Of a stretch of 64,000 nucleotides of DNA, positions 55,930 through 64,000 are shown one piece after another. Both the position numbers and the translations under genes were made by a program. The notes under the pieces were generated by a model, which did not search any database, was not told the origin of the DNA, and worked only from the letters and a program-made list of their open reading frames with translations. Source of the stretch: a phage; assembly GCA_016658885.1 (NCBI GenBank), contig GCA_016658885.1_4807.1; one strand, given 5' to 3'. Position 1 is the stretch's first letter. Every line of letters begins with the position of its first letter.

Positions 55930-56215
55930 ATTAGTGTGATACGGATGATACGGATAAAATGAGGCGTATTTTTATCCGTATCGGTGTATAAGCCGCGCTA
56001 TCACTGGTGTGCTACGGATGATACGGATGATACGGATACTTTTCATATATAAGAGTTTATAAAAAAAATAAAATTAAATTAGATATATAATTTTAAATTA
56101 ATTTATTTGAATTCCTATAAAGTATCGCGGCAACGCGTATCATCCGTATCATCCGTAAGATTCTTTTGAAAACAACTACTTACTTGATACGGATGATACG
56201 TCATTATACGCGTGA
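55930..56215. promoter_or_regulatory. iteron-like hub B: tandem/inverted 9-bp ACGGATGAT repeats flanking an about 85-bp AT-rich core
   Basis: gatacggatgatacggat (55937-55954), tacggatgatacggatgatacggatac (56013-56040), AT core 56041-56125, cgtatcatccgtatcatccgta (56136-56157), gatacggatgatacg (56187-56201). Confidence 0.55.
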
Positions 56216-56244
56216 AATCCTGCGGCAATCCATTGCCAGGCGAT

Positions 56245-56382
56245 TCAGTGAATATTAAATAGCACTCCTGCAACTAAAACGCCAATCAGCATTGAGTCAT
56301 AAACAGCCCATTTCCAAGAAAGCAAAGAGTTGCAATTAATATTTCGCACTTTAACATAACGTGACTGAATAATCTTTTGCAT
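56245..56382 (-). CDS. small predicted membrane protein (about 45 aa), not in ORF track
   Basis: AAAGAGGAAG SD then ATG at 56380-56382; C-terminal hydrophobic MLIGVLVAGVLF. Confidence 0.35.
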   Translation of the reverse strand: MQKIIQSRYVKVRNINCNSLLSWKWAVYDSMLIGVLVAGVLFNIH

Positions 56383-56454
56383 AACTTCCTCTTTAGTTCA
56401 TATCAAATTAATAATTGCACAGTTTAAATTGCGCTTATTTACAACTATCTTAAT

Positions 56455-57306
56455 TCAGATAATTGGTATTTTCCTGCACTTGCAGTGTATTGCCCATCCA
56501 GGAGGACCGATGTCACCCTTTTTGAACTTCAATTCGCCGCCAACTTCCCATAGGCGCTTGTCATCAAGTTTGAATCTCATTCCGTCGACGTGTTCATGAG
56601 AGATTCGCGGCTCCTTTCCTGCTCCTGAGTGCGCCCACTCAAATTCTTCGACTCCATTCTGGCGCATCCTTTCATCGCTTAGAACGCAATACAATTTGCT
56701 TGTCTGGTCTTTAGCGATTAAGTCGACTCTCTTTGCAGAGAAGTGCTTTACGTTTCGCAACGCCGCCTGAATGCCTGACGTGCCTTGCTGGGCTGGGTCA
56801 GGCGAAGTCAGCGAAAGCATGACTGCTTCGTACACTCTGTTGTGAATATCCTCGCCGACCTTAGTAACTAGAGTCGTGTTAAACGTCTCGCTTGTTCTAA
56901 GAGTGTTCTCAACGAATTTGTTATATGTGGCCTTTGGCGCTTCTATGCCTGCGGACTTAAGGCTTGCGAATGTAGCAGAAGTGGCACCCTTTTCGACCGA
57001 TTTGATAAAATCAGCGGCAATCTTCGACCCAACACGTGCAAATGCCTTTGCCCATTTCAGTTGCAGCCGTTTCATAAGGGTCTGGAATGTCGAATCAGCA
57101 GAGTCTTGCGCAAAGAACTTCTGCACCTGCTTCTTTTCAAGCCACTCTGAAATTCCTGCCTGATAGTCATCAATCATCGCATAGCAAAGACCTTTCATCT
57201 CACGACGGTAGGCCATCGCAATAGCGTTTGATGGGATTATCGGACTGCCGCGCCCGATTCTATCGGGTGAGCGGCGTTCACGTTTTTTCGAAGCTTTAAA
57301 AGCCAT
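56455..57306 (-). CDS. putative head morphogenesis protein (minor capsid, Mu F / SPP1 gp7-like)
   Basis: About 283 aa from ATG at 57306; directly downstream of portal. Confidence 0.4.
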   Translation of the reverse strand: MAFKASKKRERRSPDRIGRGSPIIPSNAIAMAYRREMKGLCYAMIDDYQAGISEWLEKKQVQKFFAQDSADSTFQTLMKRLQLKWAKAFARVGSKIAADFIKSVEKGATSATFASLKSAGIEAPKATYNKFVENTLRTSETFNTTLVTKVGEDIHNRVYEAVMLSLTSPDPAQQGTSGIQAALRNVKHFSAKRVDLIAKDQTSKLYCVLSDERMRQNGVEEFEWAHSGAGKEPRISHEHVDGMRFKLDDKRLWEVGGELKFKKGDIGPPGWAIHCKCRKIPII

Positions 57307-57307
57307 A

Positions 57308-59683
57308 TCAACCTTGCTTCGGTGAATTAGTAGGATTATTGAGCGCTCCGTATGCTTGAGAGCAATCACCCTTCAACCACTCCTTGAATGAGTCTACATC
57401 TAATTCGTGGATTGAATCGAATCCATTCCAACCGTTACCAAATGACGCCTGATAAGCTTCTTTAGCTTCTTCTGCTGAATCGAATCCAAGCATGCATTTG
57501 TGTTCATCAAATTCGCCAGAATAATTATCATTTTGGTTAACGATGAATACTTTAGGCGACTTCATATTTGGTCCAACAAAGCAGTCGACTTCATCACCAT
57601 CAGCACCCTTGGTGCCTTTGATGAATCCGTAGTGGTGCGCCATTTTGACTGCCCATTCACCATCAAGACTGTTACCCCTGCGAATGCTGTTGCGAGGATT
57701 CTCGATGCCAAGAATCATCCCGTGCAACTTCATCTTAGGCAGCGACGCTGCATCCATCTTCCCTACGTTGTGTCGCAAGTTGACGACATTTCCTTTTACG
57801 CTTGGAATCGTGGACGGTTGCACCGACCTTGCATCTTTTTGAGGGTCAAAATCCACATCCTGACCTTCTTTAAGGTAATAGTCAGCAATACCCTCCAGAC
57901 CTTCTTTCAGTTGCGTTAGGACATCAACGTGATGGCTTGATTCGTCATCGGTATCATCCATGTTAATCTCAACTGGTGCCCTGTCAGGGTTTTCTGCCAA
58001 CTCACCACGCGCGGCACCTTCCGGCATTATACCAGTCTCGCTATAGAACTGGCCGCTCATCTTGACAACATCAGCCTTGGCCTGTTCAATATCGGCCTTA
58101 CCTTGCAGAACTTCACCAGCAGACTTGCCAAGCAATGCCATATTCTCTGGAGACATCCCTGGGGTTTCTTCTGCTGCTTCTTCCGGCAAACGGTTGTAGC
58201 CGCTGTTTTTGTCGTCCTTGATGCGGTCGCGCTCTTCATCAGGGGAGATTACGCCAGCATCGATGAGAGTCTTACCAGTATTCGCTCGTTTGTCGTTAAT
58301 CTCTGCAAGCTGAGTAGCAGTAAGTGAACCAACTGGCTCCCATGCCACTTTAACGTCGACTTCCACGCCTTCAGATTTCAAAAGGATTTTATAGTGACGG
58401 TCCAGAATCTTCGTCAAATCGTGCTGCTGACAAGTTTCCAATTCTTCGTGATAGCTGACCATCTCGAACTCACCAGTGGCGTTAAAGCCTTTAGGTGACG
58501 TCCCTAACAGTTTTGTCGACGGCACTTTTGCGATTGCGGCCACCAGCTGGTACTGGTTCATGATGATGCTGTCGAAGTCTGACAAGTTGATGTCGAACTG
58601 GTCCATTTCTTCTTTCTGACCAAGCACTTTGACTGCATAGTTGTCGCGGTACTTGATCCACATCATCAGACGTTCTGCAAAAGACCGCTCATTGGCAATA
58701 GCCTTGTCAACGTCGGTCCGCAGCGTCGTTGTACGCTTGGACATCGCCAGCAATGGCGCTTCGTTAGCGGTACGTTCAGCGGCATAGATGCGTTCATAAA
58801 TCTGCTGAGTCAGAGGAATGCCGCCGTAAATATAAGTCGGCTTGAGAATATCAGCTGGCTCATCGTTGCGCAAGATTATGAGGTGGCTGCGATGATAACG
58901 TTGTCCGCTGATTACCCAATATTCTGGGTCATAGAAGTGCTGTGATGCAGGGTCTGCTGTGTTTTCAGACGTCAGAAACGGCATCATCCAATAAGGGTCA
59001 ACCTGAATGATTCCCTTATAAGACCCCTTTGTCACACCATCAATGTTAAAAGGCTTGCTGTAATATTCTGGGTCATCGCTACGCACATCAAATATGATGA
59101 CGCGGATACCAAAAATATTTTTGAATCGTTCGGCTTCAACTAAGTGCTCTTTGATATTAAATTCTTTATCAATTTGCTTTAGGCGTTCGCTTGCCTGTAC
59201 TGACAATTCTGACTCAGAACTGGATTTAACTTCCCAACCTTTACGGACCGCATCGCGGCCTACCATGGAACACGCCTTGTTCACCAGCCAATGCTGTGCG
59301 ATGATGGCACAAGCTTGATAGCCGATGAATGACTGTGACAAATACCAGTTTTGAAGTTGAATAGGTACTGTGTATGGGTTGACTTGCCCTTCTGAACTGA
59401 TGTTCTTTAAGGCATTATCCATAACCTTTTTGGATACTGTTGCGGAATCGACTGAACGACCTTTTATGATTGCAACACCATCGCCATTAATATCAGGCTC
59501 ATATAAAGGGAAGTCATCAACCGTTTTAAAGGTCGGTCGATTGCTTTCAGTCTTTTCCCAGCGTTGACCGCTGCCGCGCCTTGCAAGGCGTTCAAACGGT
59601 GCCAATGGGTCGCCTGGCGGCATCTCCGCTGGTTCGGCTTCTGGTTGCGTCTTCTCCCAGAGTTTTATGCCAAGAATTTTCAT
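57308..59683 (-). CDS. portal protein with C-terminal extension carrying an inorganic-pyrophosphatase-like signature
   Basis: 791 aa from ATG at 59681-59683 (AGGTGG SD); between terminase and morphogenesis genes; C-terminus HHYGFIKGTKGADGDEVDCFV matches PPase D-[SGDN]-D-[PE]-[LIVMF]-D-[LIVMGAC]. Confidence 0.55.
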   Translation of the reverse strand: MKILGIKLWEKTQPEAEPAEMPPGDPLAPFERLARRGSGQRWEKTESNRPTFKTVDDFPLYEPDINGDGVAIIKGRSVDSATVSKKVMDNALKNISSEGQVNPYTVPIQLQNWYLSQSFIGYQACAIIAQHWLVNKACSMVGRDAVRKGWEVKSSSESELSVQASERLKQIDKEFNIKEHLVEAERFKNIFGIRVIIFDVRSDDPEYYSKPFNIDGVTKGSYKGIIQVDPYWMMPFLTSENTADPASQHFYDPEYWVISGQRYHRSHLIILRNDEPADILKPTYIYGGIPLTQQIYERIYAAERTANEAPLLAMSKRTTTLRTDVDKAIANERSFAERLMMWIKYRDNYAVKVLGQKEEMDQFDINLSDFDSIIMNQYQLVAAIAKVPSTKLLGTSPKGFNATGEFEMVSYHEELETCQQHDLTKILDRHYKILLKSEGVEVDVKVAWEPVGSLTATQLAEINDKRANTGKTLIDAGVISPDEERDRIKDDKNSGYNRLPEEAAEETPGMSPENMALLGKSAGEVLQGKADIEQAKADVVKMSGQFYSETGIMPEGAARGELAENPDRAPVEINMDDTDDESSHHVDVLTQLKEGLEGIADYYLKEGQDVDFDPQKDARSVQPSTIPSVKGNVVNLRHNVGKMDAASLPKMKLHGMILGIENPRNSIRRGNSLDGEWAVKMAHHYGFIKGTKGADGDEVDCFVGPNMKSPKVFIVNQNDNYSGEFDEHKCMLGFDSAEEAKEAYQASFGNGWNGFDSIHELDVDSFKEWLKGDCSQAYGALNNPTNSPKQG

Positions 59684-59845
59684 TGTTAACGCCACCTGAC
59701 AGTGAAAGGGAATCAATCTATATTATAAATATTCATGTGTTTGTAAGCAAATGATATGTATGGTGATCATAAATAGTTCATAAAATATTTTGCTTTTGTA
59801 TCATTTTGAGTTATATTTTAGTTAACCAAACGAAAGGAGATTGAA

Positions 59846-60262
59846 ATGAGCACAACAATTGTATTTGTCGTCTTGCACAACGGCGAAGTCGTTAACGTAT
59901 GCGAATATGAAGAACTGGCAAAGGCCACTGCTGCGCGATATGAAGGTGCTACTATTGACCCGTGGATTTTAGATGCGCGCAACGTCTTGCAGGCGACTTT
60001 GGATGAGTGGCTATTGGGTCGCAAGGTCTATCCAGTAGACGACATCGACTCCATTCAAGGTGAAACAGTATACTTTGAAGATGAATGCGTTCGCGGCATC
60101 GGCAAATTTATGGGATTGTGCCCATCTTCATCCAAAAATAAATTTTATCGTATTCAAGTTGAAGAAAACGATATGTTTGACAAGGTCACGCGCTCGATTG
60201 TTCCTGGCGGCGGCACTCCAATCTTTATGGCAGAATCAGACATCAAGGGGATTATCAAATGA
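59846..60262 (+). CDS. hypothetical protein (opposite-strand gene inside packaging module)
   Basis: 138 aa; strong AAAGGAGA SD; preceded by AT-rich promoter-like region 59720-59840. Confidence 0.55.
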   Translation: MSTTIVFVVLHNGEVVNVCEYEELAKATAARYEGATIDPWILDARNVLQATLDEWLLGRKVYPVDDIDSIQGETVYFEDECVRGIGKFMGLCPSSSKNKFYRIQVEENDMFDKVTRSIVPGGGTPIFMAESDIKGIIK

Positions 60263-60498
60263 GAACTTTAACCGAACTCGATGTTTTGAAAGATGTTGCA
60301 GCCGCGCTGGGCGTTGAAGTCTCCGAAAAGTCGACACTAGGTGCGTTGCGTCGCGATTTACTCGAAGCCGTCGACCGCAACGATTTTGACCGTAAGTGTA
60401 TGCAAAAGAAGATTCGGCAGGCAGTAAGAGCGGGTAAGCGATTCCGTGCCAGGTCATTTGCTGCAAGAAAACTAGACCTTCAGCACGGAATGCTTTAA
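60259..60498 (+). CDS. hypothetical basic protein
   Basis: 79 aa; ATGA overlap with upstream gene; convergent with terminase 3' end. Confidence 0.45.
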   Translation: MRTLTELDVLKDVAAALGVEVSEKSTLGALRRDLLEAVDRNDFDRKCMQKKIRQAVRAGKRFRARSFAARKLDLQHGML

Positions 60499-60501
60499 TT
60501 G

Positions 60502-61929
60502 TTAAAGGTTAGAGAAGAAGCCGGATGCTGCAACAATTGGTTTCATCAACGCCATGATTGCTGCGTCCGCTTTGTTAGGCGATTTTACTCCACGCTTTGC
60601 CATATCCTTTTTGGATTCAACTTTGAACTTACCAAGCACAGACGTGTCTTTGCGCGGCGCTGACATCTCAAAAAGAAATGTCTCAATTTCTTCCGCAGAC
60701 CAAGCAGGAATCCCAAGTTCTGGAATGCCGTCTGTGTCGATGGAAATCAGCTCATCAGTCGGGTATACGGCCTGCCCTGTTGCATACTCATATGTCTTCC
60801 TGAATCGTTCGGCAATCTCAGTCCATTTTTGCGCTTTTATGTTTGCGAAATGGTCTTTATTGAGTATTTCAACGTGTGGTAACTCAAGGAAGACGTCATC
60901 AGGATCATCAACAGCACCTTGCGCGTTGAACGCATTAAATTCGATTCTTGGGAATGTTGGATTTTCATGGATTGCATACTCATTAAGCTCATCAAATTTT
61001 GAACCAGCAAATGCACCAACACCGATGGCGTCATAGGTAATTGATGCGCCGAATGTTAATGCATCTTTCCAAACTCCGCTTGCGGACTTAAGCAATTCAT
61101 CTTCCAGACCTTCCCATGTCTTGATGCCGCGCAATACGTTGCCCGTGACAAATGCTGTGGCGTTTAAGTCGTCGCCGTCGTCTGCCACGTCAAAGCCTAT
61201 ACGGTTAGACCCTGACAAACTCCATCCCAGCGTAGGGTGTTTGTGGAGGTTAAGCGCGGCCTTGACGAATGCACGGTTGATTACCGACTTGTCGCCGCCT
61301 GTCTTCGGTACTCCGCCATAAACGTGTTCTGCCTTTTTCGGGTCGCGCTCATACATGCCAGCGATAACGTCCAGCATTGTTTGCGACAAGAATGGATTGT
61401 CCTGCCAGTTAATCTTCTTAACGATGGCATTTTTAGGCGGTCGCATAACAAAGTTCTGGTAGACGAAATCAGCCTCTTCATCAGGGTTAAATATGATCCA
61501 TATTTCTGACCCTTCCTTACGAATTGTCGGCTCAATAATGTCCCACTGCTCTTCAGTCAGCGCGTGCGCTTCTTCAAGCCAAAGAACGTCAACACCTTCT
61601 GTTGATTTGATTTCGTCAACGTTGCGTGCGATACCGTAAAATAAGAATTCAGATTTTGTTCTTTTATGTTCAATAGAGTTCTTTAATAAATTGAACTCAT
61701 CTTTAAAATCAGAAATCTCTATTTTGTCTTTTAATAGCGTATATACTGATTCAGAAATCTTGTTCTGGAATTGTCGAACGCAAAGGAATTTTAATTTGAA
61801 GTTTGCCGCCAAATAAATAGCAAAACCAGCGGCATCGTGCGATTTGGAAGATGCACGACCGCCGTATATGACTTTGTATCGCGCTTTCGTCTTCCAGACT
61901 TCTCTTAAAGCAGGATTCAACTGGTACAT
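60502..61929 (-). CDS. terL: terminase large subunit (PBSX/Terminase_3-like)
   Basis: 475 aa; N-terminal ATPase motif YKVIYGGRASSKSHD; nuclease-domain-sized C-terminus. Confidence 0.7.
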   Translation of the reverse strand: MYQLNPALREVWKTKARYKVIYGGRASSKSHDAAGFAIYLAANFKLKFLCVRQFQNKISESVYTLLKDKIEISDFKDEFNLLKNSIEHKRTKSEFLFYGIARNVDEIKSTEGVDVLWLEEAHALTEEQWDIIEPTIRKEGSEIWIIFNPDEEADFVYQNFVMRPPKNAIVKKINWQDNPFLSQTMLDVIAGMYERDPKKAEHVYGGVPKTGGDKSVINRAFVKAALNLHKHPTLGWSLSGSNRIGFDVADDGDDLNATAFVTGNVLRGIKTWEGLEDELLKSASGVWKDALTFGASITYDAIGVGAFAGSKFDELNEYAIHENPTFPRIEFNAFNAQGAVDDPDDVFLELPHVEILNKDHFANIKAQKWTEIAERFRKTYEYATGQAVYPTDELISIDTDGIPELGIPAWSAEEIETFLFEMSAPRKDTSVLGKFKVESKKDMAKRGVKSPNKADAAIMALMKPIVAASGFFSNL

Positions 61930-62037
61930 GACTTTCCAATTATGTGTTAATATTTATTCATATTATAGTTTGCTTGAGACAGCTATATCAAGTAAAATTG
62001 TGATTCCAGCTTAGTAGTGGATAAAGGGTGATCTTTT

Positions 62038-62066
62038 TGGCCAGATTATTTCTGGCCATTTTTTAT
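62038..62066 (+). other. perfect 8-bp-arm hairpin followed by T-run in the divergent region between terminase operon and rightward small genes
   Basis: tggccaga-ttatt-tctggcca then tttttt, 12 bp before SD of gene 62079. Confidence 0.4.
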
Positions 62067-62078
62067 CAGGAGTAAACC

Positions 62079-62309
62079 ATGGCCCTAGTCAACATTCAAC
62101 TCACTCCCTCTTATACTTCCGTTCTTTCTGTTGTCGAAAACGTATCAGGCGCACTTATTCAAGTTCGCGGCGGTGCCGCTGAGATTTGTTTTGAGGAAAA
62201 GGCTGATGATAAGCTTATCGGCATTGCTGTTAACGGCACAGTCGAAATCCCGCCAGGCGTTGAAATTTTCGCAAAGGGAAGTGGCACATTAATCGTGTCT
62301 TCCCACTGA
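62079..62309 (+). CDS. hypothetical protein
   Basis: 76 aa; CAGGAG SD. Confidence 0.5.
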   Translation: MALVNIQLTPSYTSVLSVVENVSGALIQVRGGAAEICFEEKADDKLIGIAVNGTVEIPPGVEIFAKGSGTLIVSSH

Positions 62310-62397
62310 TGCGATGCCATGGACGGCATAATTCACAAAAAGTTTGCCTTTCTGAAATTCTGCATTATAATCATATTAACTCAAAACCGGAGGTAAT

Positions 62398-62613
62398 ATG
62401 AAACTCATCGACCGCGCCATCAAAGCCATTGATAATCACTCCACAGCGATTGCTTTCGTAATGGGATTTTGTTTCACTGCTGCGTTTGGCGACGTTCACA
62501 CATTCAAGTCTGTCATCTTGTGTTGGTCTATCTGGTCCCTCATTTCTCTGGTTTTGATTCTTCCGATGACTTGGCTTGTCCTTACTTGTCTGGAATCTCA
62601 AGGTGAAGACTGA
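62398..62613 (+). CDS. small predicted membrane protein
   Basis: 71 aa; GGAGG SD; two hydrophobic segments. Confidence 0.5.
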   Translation: MKLIDRAIKAIDNHSTAIAFVMGFCFTAAFGDVHTFKSVILCWSIWSLISLVLILPMTWLVLTCLESQGED

Positions 62614-62834
62614 TGAGACTATCAATCAAAGAGCGGCCAAAACGGCCCAAAAGGAGTGAGCCAAAGGCCAAATACACATGCGTTGGCGGACCGTTCGACG
62701 GTCAAGTGATGTGGCTTTCAAAATCTAATCCATCGACGGTTGAGTTCAGCCTTCGTGGAATGCGCGGCAGATACCTGCTAAATAGAGAAACAAGTGGCAG
62801 CACATTTGTGGAGTGGAAAGAAAATGGCAAATGA
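62613..62834 (+). CDS. hypothetical basic protein
   Basis: 73 aa; ATGA overlap. Confidence 0.45.
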   Translation: MRLSIKERPKRPKRSEPKAKYTCVGGPFDGQVMWLSKSNPSTVEFSLRGMRGRYLLNRETSGSTFVEWKENGK

Positions 62835-63057
62835 ATTAACCTTAACGGTGCCAAAAGAAGTGCTAGACAAGGCATATGCAGATTCTGTAAAAGAATTAGC
62901 CGGAGTGCTTGGAATTGAAAATGAATTCAACGTTCAGCTTCAATTCCTAAAAGATACTCTTCAAATCAAAGAGAATAGAGAGGCTGGCGGCGGTGCGCCT
63001 TTAGCTTTGGCAATAATCTATGCGGGATTAATTTTGAAGTCTGGAGATGAACTGTGA
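62824..63057 (+). CDS. hypothetical protein
   Basis: About 77 aa from ATG at 62824 (MANELTLTV). Confidence 0.4.
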   Translation: MANELTLTVPKEVLDKAYADSVKELAGVLGIENEFNVQLQFLKDTLQIKENREAGGGAPLALAIIYAGLILKSGDEL

Positions 63058-63253
63058 ATCGTTGGTGCAGTTGGAAGCTGAAACGACTCGCCTGGGCCAA
63101 TGCCGCCAATTCTGCTGGTGTCATCACCGCTGGCATTGGGTCGGTATGGGATGGCGAAGGCCGTTGGGACTCGCTGTGTGGCACGCGCCTATTCTTTCGC
63201 GTAAAATAATTATCACCCTTCCCGAAATGGGAAGGGAATTTAAAGAGGTTATC

Positions 63254-63595
63254 ATGAACAACACTTTATCACAACTGTTAATCTGGACTATCGCCGCTAT
63301 CATCGGCACCGTTATTATGATGTCGAGCGCAAAGGCTGAAACGGATATTTGCGGCAGACTTATTTCTGAGAATGGCGAGATTTATTATGGCAACTCAAAA
63401 GGTGATTACATATCACCTGAAGTTTGCGCTCAGAAGAAAGCAGAAATGCAAAAGCAGTATCACGAAGATCAATCCATATCTCAAGCCGCGCTGATTGAAT
63501 TAAGTATATCAGCCATCATCTTTTTAATCGTTTTTATGCTCATTATTAAACCAAATAATGGCAGCCATCGTCATATTCCTCTCAAAAGAAATTAA
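63254..63595 (+). CDS. predicted secreted/membrane protein
   Basis: 113 aa; AAAGAGG SD; N-terminal signal-like LLIWTIAAIIGTVIMMSSAKA and C-terminal hydrophobic segment. Confidence 0.5.
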   Translation: MNNTLSQLLIWTIAAIIGTVIMMSSAKAETDICGRLISENGEIYYGNSKGDYISPEVCAQKKAEMQKQYHEDQSISQAALIELSISAIIFLIVFMLIIKPNNGSHRHIPLKRN

Positions 63596-63633
63596 GGTTA
63601 TAATACGGTTGTCGACAAAACGAGGACCGTAAA

Positions 63634-64000
63634 ATGCCAAGGCTAATATTCAAAAACAACTTTGAGGTCGCGCTCGCTCGGCCAACGACGACTTCAGACA
63701 CCACAATCACAATTCGCTCAGGGTCGGGCTTTCCGACTTTGGGCGCAAACGAGCGTGTAGTGGCGACAATCGTCGACGCTGCAACAGGCCTCCAATTCGA
63801 AATCGTCACAGTAACAGCCGTGGTTGGAAACGTTCTGACCGTGCAGCGTGCACAGGAAGGGACTGCAGCACGCGCATGGGCGGCTGGAGACATGCTTTCC
63901 ATTAGAACTACTGCAGCATCCTTGACCAATACTGTGCGAAATTTTGGAGAGATTCCTTCAGGTATCAACCTTGATGCCTTGACTGGTTCATGGTTTGGTC
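63634..64000 (+). CDS. tail fibre/tailspike-like protein, N-terminal part (gene runs off right edge)
   Basis: GAGGA SD; N-terminus ...FEIVTVTAVVGNVLTVQRAQEGTAARAWAAGDM resembles the conserved anchor domain at the N-termini of many phage tail fibres and tailspikes. Confidence 0.45.
   Translation, partial: MPRLIFKNNFEVALARPTTTSDTTITIRSGSGFPTLGANERVVATIVDAATGLQFEIVTVTAVVGNVLTVQRAQEGTAARAWAAGDMLSIRTTAASLTNTVRNFGEIPSGINLDALTGSWFG

Noticed and set aside
63047-63250. ORF 63047..63595 N-terminal extension (Trp/Cys/His-rich)
   Set aside because: Odd composition and no SD; a hairpin (63219-63240) and a good SD precede the internal ATG at 63254, which is taken as the real start.
1-64000. tRNA genes, integrase, repressor/lysogeny module
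   Set aside because: No cloverleaf-compatible sequence or tyrosine/serine recombinase motif noticed on either strand; cannot be fully excluded without a scanner.

Overview
This 64 kb window reads as a contiguous stretch of a large tailed dsDNA phage genome, probably virulent: no integrase, repressor, tRNA or CRISPR array was recognised. All calls below come from reading the sequence and ORF translations by eye; no database search was run, so every functional assignment is motif-level. Layout: (1) 1-2850, a small compositionally distinct module with bidirectional small genes and a dense same-orientation array of the 11-mer ATAGTGCAAAT; (2) 2950-3320, an AT-rich hub flanked by tandem 9-bp repeats, with a near-twin at 55930-56215; (3) 3558-16046 (minus strand), about 35 tightly packed, translationally coupled small early genes ending in a P-loop VirE/D5-like helicase and an AEP-type primase; (4) 16207-34249 (plus strand), a replication and nucleotide-metabolism module (Dda-like helicase, Lys/Ala/Glu-rich protein, FAD-binding protein, ThyX-like, HAD phosphatase fusion, SDR, VOC-like, DnaQ-like exonuclease, HNH-AP2 endonuclease, DnaE-like polymerase, VRR-NUC, SNF2 helicase, embedded spanin pair, MazG-like, ATP-dependent ligase); (5) 34275-55821 (minus strand), the late operon from scaffold and major capsid through sheath, duplicated tube-like genes, tape measure with lytic transglycosylase domain, baseplate and His-rich tail fibre to a GH19 endolysin; (6) 56455-61929 (minus strand), head morphogenesis, portal and large terminase, interrupted by two oppositely oriented small genes; (7) 62079-64000 (plus strand), small genes and the start of a second tail-fibre-like gene. 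The strongest candidates for undescribed biology are the five-enzyme cluster at 18849-23440 (with a ThyX-like protein whose RHR motif reads RTR), the 11-mer array, the paired iteron hubs, and a portal C-terminal tail matching the inorganic pyrophosphatase signature.
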